Below are positions 1 through 6,425 of a DNA stretch of 24,558 nt, one piece after another. Position 1 is the stretch's first letter. Every line of letters starts with the position of its first letter. This stretch comes from a virus (taxonomy: Duplodnaviria; Caudoviricetes). The stretch is taken from IMG/VR virus record IMGVR_UViG_3300042475_001011, positions 1 to 24,558 of that record. The stretch is one strand, 5' to 3'. A program made the translations under genes and the position numbers. Below the pieces are notes generated by a model. The model had not been told where the DNA came from. It ran no database searches and saw only the letters and a program-made list of their open reading frames with translations.

Positions 1-20
1 GCCCACTAGGGGCCTTGTGC

Positions 21-176
21 TTACTCAGCCTCAGGCTCAGCCGGAGCCTCGTGCGTTACCCTGCAGTAGTCCACGCTGTAGTGGCTAATCTCGGCCACAT
101 TGGCCTGCGGGAAGAACTTCTGCACATGGGCCAGAACAATCTCCGCGACTTCCTTCTCTGTGAAACAGATCTTCAT
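21..176 (-). CDS. Small hypothetical protein, 51 aa (MKICFTEKEVAEIVLAHVQKFFPQ...EPEAE); not in ORF track
   Basis: Translated by hand. ATG at 176 preceded by AAGGAAAG SD-like sequence; TAA at 23-21. Confidence 0.7.
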   Translation of the reverse strand: MKICFTEKEVAEIVLAHVQKFFPQANVAEISHYSVDYCRVTHEAPAEPEAE

Positions 177-193
177 GGTGCTTTCCTTGGTAT

Positions 194-207
194 GCCCCCG
201 AAGGGGC
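194..207 (-). other. GCCCC-UUCG-GGGGC tetraloop hairpin between two small genes
   Basis: Perfect 5-bp stem with cUUCGg loop, no U-tract, just upstream of the SD of the 21..176 gene. Confidence 0.6.
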
Positions 208-212
208 TGGGT

Positions 213-503
213 TTAACGGGACGTGACCTTGACGCTGTACACCGCGGTGGTGCCGGTGTGCTTTGCAATGAGGTCGGCCGGGATGGCCAGAACCTTGGCG
301 ATCGCCTTCCAGTCCACGGTGGACCGGTTGCTCTCGATGTAGCTGGCGGTGAAGAGTTCACCGTCAAACGCCTTCTGGCCACTGAGGCTGGCCTCTTCCT
401 TGATGTCGGCCTTGATCTTGTCGGCCTGCTTGGTCAGATCAGCGATCTGAGCCAGGAGGATGCCGAGGTCGTCGATCTGGCTGGTCTTGATTGCGGTAGT
501 CAT
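213..503 (-). CDS. Hypothetical phage protein, 96 aa (N-terminal coiled coil)
   Basis: ORF 213..530. The ATG at 503 has AAGGA 7 nt upstream (AAGGAAACCCAAATG), so that start is preferred. Confidence 0.8.
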   Translation of the reverse strand: MTTAIKTSQIDDLGILLAQIADLTKQADKIKADIKEEASLSGQKAFDGELFTASYIESNRSTVDWKAIAKVLAIPADLIAKHTGTTAVYSVKVTSR

Positions 504-542
504 TTGGGTTTCCTTGTTAACCTGCGTCATTGCAGTGAATGC

Positions 543-573
543 AGTGTAAGCGACTCTTTGATCGTTGAGTCAA
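543..573 (-). promoter_or_regulatory. Putative sigma70-type promoter TTGACT-N19-TACACT
   Basis: Near-consensus hexamers in the only gap between 503 and 595. Spacer is longer than optimal and holds a GACTC/GAGTC inverted repeat. Confidence 0.5.
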
Positions 574-594
574 TCCCTACTGTTTCATGGGGTC

Positions 595-873
595 TTACAC
601 AAGTTCGAGGGTCTCCTTCAACAGATCCTCTTCGGTGAAGCCCCAGTGCTTCGGGAAGCCTTTCGTTCCCAGGCCGTGGACTCCGGTGTTGCCGCGGTGG
701 TGCTCCGGGCACAACGGAATCACGCTGAAGTGACCTGCTCTCTTGCCCATTCCTGCCCCGTGCCGCGGGTGATGCAGTTCTGCAGGCGTACCCGCGTGGC
801 CCATCCTGCGGCATACAGCGCATCCAAGTTCCGCCACGCGGCTCATATGCTTCTTCTCTGCCAGTGTCGTCAT
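595..873 (-). CDS. ref: Ref-like (recombination enhancement, RecA-dependent) HNH nuclease
   Basis: GCAVC...AELHHPR.G.GMG.RA.H..VIPLCPEHHRG..GVH zinc/HNH pattern typical of the P1 Ref family. Confidence 0.75.
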   Translation of the reverse strand: MTTLAEKKHMSRVAELGCAVCRRMGHAGTPAELHHPRHGAGMGKRAGHFSVIPLCPEHHRGNTGVHGLGTKGFPKHWGFTEEDLLKETLELV

Positions 874-1217
874 AGTGCTGCCTTTACCTCTTGTCTTGCG
901 CTGGCTTCCTTAGACCGCCAGACGTCGATTGCAGCCTCTGCGGCTATCAACCCCCACCTGATCGCTTCCTCAGCCTCTATGGCCGTTTTAAGGCCTTCCA
1001 AGAGGGCTTTGTAGTCGGGGTCTGCGTAGGCTTCCCGTTCCTGAGCGTTTGCTGCCTCAAATCCTTGCGTCAGCGCACGCTTCATCAAGATGGCCTTCAG
1101 GCTCTTTCGGTACTCCTCGAGGTAGATCCGCTCCGCCTTAGCCTTTGCGTAGGCCTTGGAGTGCCGCCAGATGTACTCGAGGCTGCGTTCAGGGTTGATC
1201 TCAGTGGGGCTGTCCAT
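870..1217 (-). CDS. Conserved helical phage protein, 115 aa (possibly recombination-mediator-like)
   Basis: Coupled to neighbours. The AQEREAYADPDY...IDVWRS pattern is familiar from phage hypotheticals; function is inferred only. Confidence 0.75.
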   Translation of the reverse strand: MDSPTEINPERSLEYIWRHSKAYAKAKAERIYLEEYRKSLKAILMKRALTQGFEAANAQEREAYADPDYKALLEGLKTAIEAEEAIRWGLIAAEAAIDVWRSKEASARQEVKAAL

Positions 1218-1365
1218 GTTCCGCTTTCTGGGATTGCTCCAGCATGGCCTGAGCTATCTCATACGACACCTCAGACAGTTCAATCAGTTCGATCTCATGT
1301 CCGCGTTGCAGCATGGCGTGCATTGCAAAGACCGCGAACACGTCCAATAAGGTTGGTTCTTTCAC
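1201..1365 (-). CDS. Small hypothetical protein, 54 aa
   Basis: GTG at 1365 overlaps the epimerase stop (GTGA) with GGAG upstream. TLLDVFAVFAMHAML...SYEIAQAML resembles the common phage 'LRDYFAAKAM...AY.IADAML' family. Confidence 0.7.
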   Translation of the reverse strand: MKEPTLLDVFAVFAMHAMLQRGHEIELIELSEVSYEIAQAMLEQSQKAEHGQPH

Positions 1366-2342
1366 TGTTTCTCCAGTTGCCCTGCAATCCAGGCATATGT
1401 TGTTTTCATGCCGTCCACAAGAGGCGCAGATACTTCCCATCCAATCTGGTCTCTGTACAGTCGGTTATCAGATGTTCTGCCGCGCACACCCACAGGACAT
1501 TTGAATCCATACTTCTCAAAGAACTCTTGCCCGTGTATGTTTTGAATGCGCAAATCTTTGCCCGATATCTCGATGGCAATCTTGGCTAGTTGATTGATGG
1601 TGACCATCTCTTTAGACCCTATATTGACCGGCCCCAAGAAGTTTGACCGCATCAATCTCAAGACCGCCTCGATGCACTCATCGATGTAGAGGAAGCTGCG
1701 CGTCTGCTTACCGTCTCCCCAGACCTCCATGCAGCCCTCGGCCGCTTTGCGCAGCATCGCCGCGGGCGCCTTCTCCTTCCCGCCTGTCCATGTACCCTGC
1801 GGCCCAAAAATATTGTGGAACCGTGCAATCCTGACGTCTAGCCCGTAGTTGCGATTGAAAGCGAGATACAAGCGCTCGCTGAATAGCTTCTCCCAGCCAT
1901 ACTCAGAATCTGGGTTAGCCGGGTAAGCAGAACTCTCTTCACAATTTGGGTTATCTGGATCCAGTTGGTTATATTCTGGATACATGCACGCCGATGATGA
2001 GTAGAAGACGCGCTTCACTTTCTTTTGAACACATTCATGCGCTACGTTCAGATTGATCAGCGCAGAGTTATGCATTACGTTTGCATCATTGAGCCCGGTG
2101 AATATGTATCCAGCGCCACCCATATCCGCAGCCAACTGGTACACAGTAGAGCCTTCGTCTATTACTAGGGCTACTGTCTTTGGGTCACGCAAGTCACCAA
2201 GTATGAACTCGTTGCATATCTCGTCTTGCTGGAAATACTCGTGTCGCTTGATGTCTACGATACGAACGCGGTGCCCTTCGCTTTTGAGCCTGCGCCCCAA
2301 ATGACCGCCAATGAATCCACCGCCTCCCAGTATCACTATCAT
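1362..2342 (-). CDS. NAD-dependent epimerase/dehydratase, GDP-mannose 3,5-epimerase-like (extended SDR)
   Basis: GGGGFIG Rossmann motif, LAADMGG, SSSACMYP, YGWEK (YxxxK), RFHNIFGP.GTW.GGKEKAPAA, WGDGKQTRSF, GVRGR.SDN: all characteristic of the GME subgroup. Confidence 0.92.
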   Translation of the reverse strand: MIVILGGGGFIGGHLGRRLKSEGHRVRIVDIKRHEYFQQDEICNEFILGDLRDPKTVALVIDEGSTVYQLAADMGGAGYIFTGLNDANVMHNSALINLNVAHECVQKKVKRVFYSSSACMYPEYNQLDPDNPNCEESSAYPANPDSEYGWEKLFSERLYLAFNRNYGLDVRIARFHNIFGPQGTWTGGKEKAPAAMLRKAAEGCMEVWGDGKQTRSFLYIDECIEAVLRLMRSNFLGPVNIGSKEMVTINQLAKIAIEISGKDLRIQNIHGQEFFEKYGFKCPVGVRGRTSDNRLYRDQIGWEVSAPLVDGMKTTYAWIAGQLEKQ

Positions 2343-2791
2343 GATTGCCTCCTAAGCCATTCAGCCAACAGCAGAGCCTCCGCCACGCCGTGGTCTTTGA
2401 CTCTCTTCAGCGGGGCGCTCGGCCACAGTCGTCTCGCCAACTCCAGACTCGTGGTCTTCTCAGCGGTGACTCCCATGTCCTTCTTCCATGCCTGAGGTCT
2501 CACAATCACCCATGGGGCACGAGTCAACTCCACGATCGCCTGTATCGCACCTACTGCCATGCCGAACTTGAAGGTGCTGCTTACGCCTTGCTTGGGCATA
2601 GCGTGTACGTCCTCGATGCAGAACATCACGTCCTGCTTGTCGATCGCCTGCATCAGTTCCGTCTTGAAGTCGCCCGCTTTAATCCGGCCGGCATCGTTTG
2701 GAATGAACCCACTGGACCCATACTGGCCATGGTGATCAAGCATCCCCCAGGCACCAGAGATGGCTCCAGGGTCGATACCGCAGAACCTCAT
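2339..2791 (-). CDS. ruvC: RuvC-like Holliday junction resolvase
   Basis: N-terminal GIDPG, IEDVHAMPKQGVSSTFKFG, P.AWKK and DHGVAEALL acidic catalytic pattern. Confidence 0.85.
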   Translation of the reverse strand: MRFCGIDPGAISGAWGMLDHHGQYGSSGFIPNDAGRIKAGDFKTELMQAIDKQDVMFCIEDVHAMPKQGVSSTFKFGMAVGAIQAIVELTRAPWVIVRPQAWKKDMGVTAEKTTSLELARRLWPSAPLKRVKDHGVAEALLLAEWLRRQS

Positions 2792-3066
2792 TGACGCTGC
2801 TCAGGGATCCGATTACGGATCGACTCCGCGGCGTTACGCAGAGCAGTGCAGACCTCCCCCTCGTCTTCGTTTGTTGCAAGAGCGTCGACAAGGTCTGCGC
2901 AAGCAGAACGCTCGATGAACACCACCTGCCGGGAGGTGTGGATGGCCACCGCCATGATCTCCGCCTTAGCCGCGGCTACCGCCTCACCAAACTCTTGCTC
3001 AGTGAAGAGCTTCTGCCCCAGGCCTTGCGCAAAGAACTTGCGCTGAAAGTCACTCATCTCAGTCAT
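2788..3066 (-). CDS. Hypothetical protein, 92 aa
   Basis: ATG start, overlaps both neighbours in the operon. Confidence 0.75.
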   Translation of the reverse strand: MTEMSDFQRKFFAQGLGQKLFTEQEFGEAVAAAKAEIMAVAIHTSRQVVFIERSACADLVDALATNEDEGEVCTALRNAAESIRNRIPEQRQ

Positions 3067-3289
3067 ACCAACCCTCTCCTCGGTTACCTAACCGCCATTG
3101 TTTTAACACGTCCTCATACACTTTCGGGTCTTTGACCTTCCAGCCTCGCCACTTACCGTCGCCGTTAAGCTCGAGGCGCCCAGCCACTGGATCCTTGACC
3201 CGGAGTTTTAGGATCCACCGAACGAGGCACTGATGCCTCCAGGTCTCTGATGCTGTATCGACGGTAGGCGTCGGTGTTGTCTGGCTCAC
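3059..3289 (-). CDS. Hypothetical protein, 76 aa (SETWRHQC.VRW...QWRLGNRG)
   Basis: GTG start with GGAGAGG 4 nt upstream. Fills 3067-3164 and couples to the next gene. Confidence 0.7.
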   Translation of the reverse strand: MSQTTPTPTVDTASETWRHQCLVRWILKLRVKDPVAGRLELNGDGKWRGWKVKDPKVYEDVLKQWRLGNRGEGWYD

Positions 3290-3374
3290 AAAGCCTCTCC
3301 ATCGTCATGTAGCTCTCCTGCCAGTAGTACACGCAATTCTGTCTCTTGGAACACCAGCCACCCATGCAGTTCAT
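3165..3374 (-). CDS. Small Cys-rich hypothetical protein, 69 aa (CMGGWC..R..C..Y...ERLC)
   Basis: ATGA overlap with the upstream stop and GGAGG SD. C-terminal part overlaps the 3059..3289 gene. Confidence 0.55.
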   Translation of the reverse strand: MNCMGGWCSKRQNCVYYWQESYMTMERLCEPDNTDAYRRYSIRDLEASVPRSVDPKTPGQGSSGWAPRA

Positions 3375-3991
3375 CTTGCCTCCAGCAATCGAGGCAAGAC
3401 AGACTTCATCTCGATCATCTGAGTCTTCGGCCCGGTTACCCCTGCGCTTTTGACCGCAAGAGCCTTCTGCTTATCTCCAATCAGGATCGGGCCGTTCATC
3501 GAAACATGACCAAACTTCGCGTTCTCAAGGTCATACACGCCAGTCAACTGCGCAGGGAAAGTGACGTCTTGCCTACCGGCATAGGCGCGGTAGGAATCAC
3601 AGAAGCGCTTCTGTAGGAACTGCAACTCATCGTTGGGATATCTACAAACCTTCGGCCAACCGCCCAAGTCTTCAATGACCGCGTGGATGACTCCATCGTC
3701 AAAGACGACAGACCTGTAGGCACCTACGCTCTGCATTGCGTCAAAGACCTTCCCCCAGGCCAGCAGGGCCCTGTCTGTATTGGTGCCCTGCAACTGCCTC
3801 ACGATGTCCGCGGGCTTCGGCATGAACTGCCCGCGCTCAGGGTCCATCAGGTGAGCAGACAAGGCCTTAGTGACCTGCTCAACATCGAACTGCTTGCAAG
3901 CCTGCTGCCACACCTGAGCAGCAAACGGAGTCAACTCCTTGCCGTAAAAGTCGTGAACACCAGCCAACACATCAATGAACTTCTGGCTCAT
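3371..3991 (-). CDS. DUF6475-like replication accessory protein (helicase loader/inhibitor-like N-terminus)
   Basis: GQFMPKPADIVRQL, AWGKV..A...VGAY.SVVFDD..IHAVIEDLGGW; directly downstream of the initiator with ATGA coupling and GGAGG SD. Confidence 0.8.
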   Translation of the reverse strand: MSQKFIDVLAGVHDFYGKELTPFAAQVWQQACKQFDVEQVTKALSAHLMDPERGQFMPKPADIVRQLQGTNTDRALLAWGKVFDAMQSVGAYRSVVFDDGVIHAVIEDLGGWPKVCRYPNDELQFLQKRFCDSYRAYAGRQDVTFPAQLTGVYDLENAKFGHVSMNGPILIGDKQKALAVKSAGVTGPKTQMIEMKSVLPRLLEAR

Positions 3992-4686
3992 ACACCCTCC
4001 TGAGAAGCCAAAAACCGACGGGCCACTTCCGCGTTTCGAGCCTCCAAAGCTGACTGCTTCGAGACAACAGAGAACTGAGGCCGAGCATTACCCACCCATG
4101 TTCTCCAGGCTGCTTGCCAGTCAAGCATCACTGAACCCTTGGATGCGTGGTAGTCGCGGAACTTCTGCAACTCCACCGCAACATCAACACCCTTCTGCCC
4201 AGCAGCATTCAGACCTGTTGCATCAGGATAGAAGTCATCCGGGAGCTGCTTGCGCCGCTTAGGCGCCACAACATTGGTTGATGGTTCTTGGTTAGTGGTT
4301 CTTGGTTCTTGGTTATTGGTTGCGATCTGACGCGCATCAGATTTCGTATCTGATTTCAGATCAGCTTCAGATGCCCAACGAGTCTGATTTGCTTGCCTTG
4401 CAGAGTTTGCCTTGCGTTGGTACTTGGCAATTTCTGTGTCGATCCTCTGATGCGTATGTGATTTCAGATCCGGGTCGTATCTGAAGAACGTGCGAAGCAG
4501 AAGTGAGATCAACTGCTCTTCCCCCCGCACGCCAACCTTGTAGGCAAGCACTTCAAGATCGTCAGGAAGTGGCTTCTCGGACTCGTAGTAGAGCCAGATC
4601 AAGCGCAAGTAGATGTAGGAGTCCCTTGGCGACAGCGATGATGTGTCGCGCAAAAAGTCACCAATGTGGTGTGGGTAGTAGTGCAT
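3988..4686 (-). CDS. Phage replication initiator, DUF1376/YdaU family, 232 aa
   Basis: MHYYPHHIGDF..DT..LS...Y.RL...YY..E.PLP N-terminus, NNQEPRTTNQEP linker and C-terminal KFRDYH...DWQAAWRTWV.N. Confidence 0.85.
   Translation of the reverse strand: MHYYPHHIGDFLRDTSSLSPRDSYIYLRLIWLYYESEKPLPDDLEVLAYKVGVRGEEQLISLLLRTFFRYDPDLKSHTHQRIDTEIAKYQRKANSARQANQTRWASEADLKSDTKSDARQIATNNQEPRTTNQEPSTNVVAPKRRKQLPDDFYPDATGLNAAGQKGVDVAVELQKFRDYHASKGSVMLDWQAAWRTWVGNARPQFSVVSKQSALEARNAEVARRFLASQEGV
4275..4484. repeat. Putative replication origin: TCAGAT/ATCTGA iteron-like repeats plus TGGTT-repeat strand-biased tract inside the initiator gene
   Basis: ATCTGA at 4325 and 4348; TCAGAT at 4337, 4356 and 4367; GATTTCAGATC at 4352 and 4460; TCGTATCTGA at 4344 and 4475; repeated TGGTT at about 4275-4321. 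Confidence 0.55.
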
Positions 4687-4713
4687 TTCCGCGTCCAAAG
4701 ATCCGTCCTAAAG

Positions 4714-4781
4714 GAAACCAACGGCAGGCGGGACGGGGTCGCTTTTCGGTGGGCTCATGACTTCCCACCTAGCCGGGTTTC
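4714..4781 (-). ncRNA. C4/CI-like three-stem structured RNA upstream of the replication initiator
   Basis: Minus strand folds as outer stem GAAACC-CGGC / GCCG-(TT)-GGTTTC enclosing hairpin GGTGGG/CCCACC, a GAAAA linker and hairpin GCG-ACCCCGTCC-CGC. It fills the intergenic gap. Confidence 0.65.
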
Positions 4782-4789
4782 GCAACACT

Positions 4790-5131
4790 CTACAACATTT
4801 CGGGGGCCTTGCGCACCTTTTTCGCCTTGCCACCGATCTGTCCTGCCTTGGCGTTGGACGCTGACCTCTTCTTGCGATGGTCGATGTCTTCCTGCCAAGC
4901 CTTGTGGGTCCAGTAGTTTTTGGGCTCCTGGACAAAAAACCTCAAAAGCACGGGCTCGATGCAGTCCCAGTCCAAGGCGATCTCGCGCTCAATCCTGGAC
5001 GGGTCGTTCTCGATCGGGCCTTCGGCTTGGTAGTACAAGTCACGAAGCCGCCTGTAAGCCAGATCCTCTGCATCAGCGATGCCATAGGTCTCAGCCCAGT
5101 AAGCGGCAAAGTCAAACTTGTACCAGTTCAT
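4790..5131 (-). CDS. Short DUF1376/YdaU-family protein, 113 aa (N-terminal domain only)
   Basis: MNWYKF...Y..ET..I...EDLAYRRL.DLYY..E.P...VL..FF....W.H pattern. ATG at 5131 with GGAGG SD. Confidence 0.8.
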   Translation of the reverse strand: MNWYKFDFAAYWAETYGIADAEDLAYRRLRDLYYQAEGPIENDPSRIEREIALDWDCIEPVLLRFFVQEPKNYWTHKAWQEDIDHRKKRSASNAKAGQIGGKAKKVRKAPEML

Positions 5132-5132
5132 C

Positions 5133-5336
5133 TCATCCTCCGAACAGGTCCGGCCGCATGTCAGCACGAGCCACGACTCCTTCGGTCATGTGCTCGATCT
5201 TGACCGCCATCGCTGGACTGCACTTCTCCCTGCCGGCAATGAGTTGGCTCATCCACGTCTTCGTAATGCCCAGCCTGTTGGCAAGCTCGACCTTCGACCC
5301 ATAGGGCTTGTTTGCAAAGTAGTCTTTCAAGTTCAT
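5133..5336 (-). CDS. Cro/YdaS-like HTH transcriptional regulator, 67 aa
   Basis: ELANRLGITKTWMSQLIAG helix-turn-helix and C-terminal IE..T.G.V.R.DMRPDLF. First gene of the leftward operon. Confidence 0.85.
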   Translation of the reverse strand: MNLKDYFANKPYGSKVELANRLGITKTWMSQLIAGREKCSPAMAVKIEHMTEGVVARADMRPDLFGG

Positions 5337-5447
5337 GTTGGATAGTGTACGCCAGAGTTTGACAATCCTAAGTAATTTTGTACGGTATTGCAAGAAGGAC
5401 TTACACACATGGTAGCATGTTGCTTCCACAACAGCGAAAGACAGCGC
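5337..5447. promoter_or_regulatory. Divergent promoter region
   Basis: AT-rich gap. Plus strand: TTGACA (5359) N16 TACGGT, and TTGCAA (5388) N19 TAGCAT with TG extension. Minus strand: TACACT (5349-5344) 7 nt before the cro-like ATG. Confidence 0.6.
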
Positions 5448-5651
5448 ATGAAAGATCTAATTGAACTTCTAAGAAAACCGTCAGGCAAAGTGGTGGCACA
5501 ACGCAGGATCGAAGATGCTCAGCGGGAGTACATCGAGTACATGACCCTTTCTGAGCAGCACGCAACCATGTCTGCCCACAACCTGAACGAGGCAAATCGT
5601 GTCAAGCATCAAATTGACTGGCTCCGAGAGTGCATCAGTCAGTTTGACTGA
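5448..5651 (+). CDS. Hypothetical coiled-coil protein, 67 aa
   Basis: ATG at 5448, first rightward ORF. No HTH or S24 peptidase motif. Confidence 0.7.
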   Translation: MKDLIELLRKPSGKVVAQRRIEDAQREYIEYMTLSEQHATMSAHNLNEANRVKHQIDWLRECISQFD

Positions 5652-5931
5652 CTTCGAAGAAGCCACCATAGACCTGGAAGACGCTCTTGACCGAGCAGAA
5701 GCAGGAACAGCAACCCCGAGCGATTTCGCTCTCCTCCGCAACCAACTAGGAATCCATCATGGGACTCATTGCAAAAGAATCAGGAACAGCGTCAGCCTTC
5801 AAGCCTGTGCCTCCGGGCACGCATCTGGCCCGCTGCTATCGCATCATCGATCTTGGCACGCAGAAGACCGAAGGATCCTTCGGGGAGAAGCGCCAGCCCA
5901 AGATCATGGTGCAGTTCGAGATTCACGGTGA
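5644..5931 (+). CDS. Possible small hypothetical protein (LEDALDRAEAGTATPSDFALLRNQLG), frame runs on into the next gene
   Basis: TTG at 5644 overlaps the upstream stop (TTGACTGA) and fills the gap 5652-5758. The C-terminal part overlaps 5759..6415 and looks non-native. Confidence 0.4.
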   Translation: MTDFEEATIDLEDALDRAEAGTATPSDFALLRNQLGIHHGTHCKRIRNSVSLQACASGHASGPLLSHHRSWHAEDRRILRGEAPAQDHGAVRDSR

Positions 5932-6415
5932 AGACGAGGATGGCCAACCCCTGCTCACCGAAAAGGGCGAGCCGATGTCCATCTCGAAGAACTACACGCT
6001 CTCCCTGTCGGAGAACGCTACGCTCCGCAAGGATCTGACCTCTTGGCGTGGAAAGGAGTTCACCCCTCAGGAACTCCGCGGCTTCGAGTTGAAGGCCATC
6101 CTTGGCCAGTGGGCCATGTTGTCAGTGACTCGCGCTACAGGCAACAACGGCAAGGAGTACACAAACATCATCGGCATCTCTGGTGTGCCGGCCGCTATCA
6201 AGAAGGCAGGCCTCCCGCAGGGCCACAACAAGACCGTTCTGTTCTCCATATCAGAGGCAGACATGAGCGTGTTTGAGACCTTCAGCAATTCCATCAAGGA
6301 GAAGATCAAGGCATCTCCTGAATGGAACTCGTTCTTTGGCAAGAAGTACGCCCAGGAACAAATGGATTCCGCGAAGTCCACCGAGGCTTTCCCAGAGGAC
6401 GACATTCCCTTCTAA
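5759..6415 (+). CDS. Putative single-stranded DNA-binding protein, 218 aa
   Basis: AGGA SD. FKPVPPGTHLARCYRIIDLGTQ beta-rich N-terminus; acidic C-terminal tail EDDIPF typical of SSBs. Confidence 0.7.
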   Translation: MGLIAKESGTASAFKPVPPGTHLARCYRIIDLGTQKTEGSFGEKRQPKIMVQFEIHGEDEDGQPLLTEKGEPMSISKNYTLSLSENATLRKDLTSWRGKEFTPQELRGFELKAILGQWAMLSVTRATGNNGKEYTNIIGISGVPAAIKKAGLPQGHNKTVLFSISEADMSVFETFSNSIKEKIKASPEWNSFFGKKYAQEQMDSAKSTEAFPEDDIPF

Positions 6416-6425
6416 GGATATTTCG

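Noticed and set aside
15-1589. Plus-strand ORFs 15..638, 565..1014 and 891..1589
   Set aside because: Antisense to well-supported coupled minus-strand genes; no recognisable motifs.
4714-4781. tRNA interpretation of the multi-stem element
   Set aside because: Only two internal arms; no TTC T-loop, anticodon arm or CCA.
4666-5304. ORFs 4666..5304 (+) and 4708..4935 (-) crossing the structured intergenic element
   Set aside because: Overlap better-supported genes and have atypical composition.
5133-5336. YdaS/YdaT toxin-antitoxin pair
   Set aside because: No YdaT/CII-like partner follows; the position fits a Cro-type regulator.
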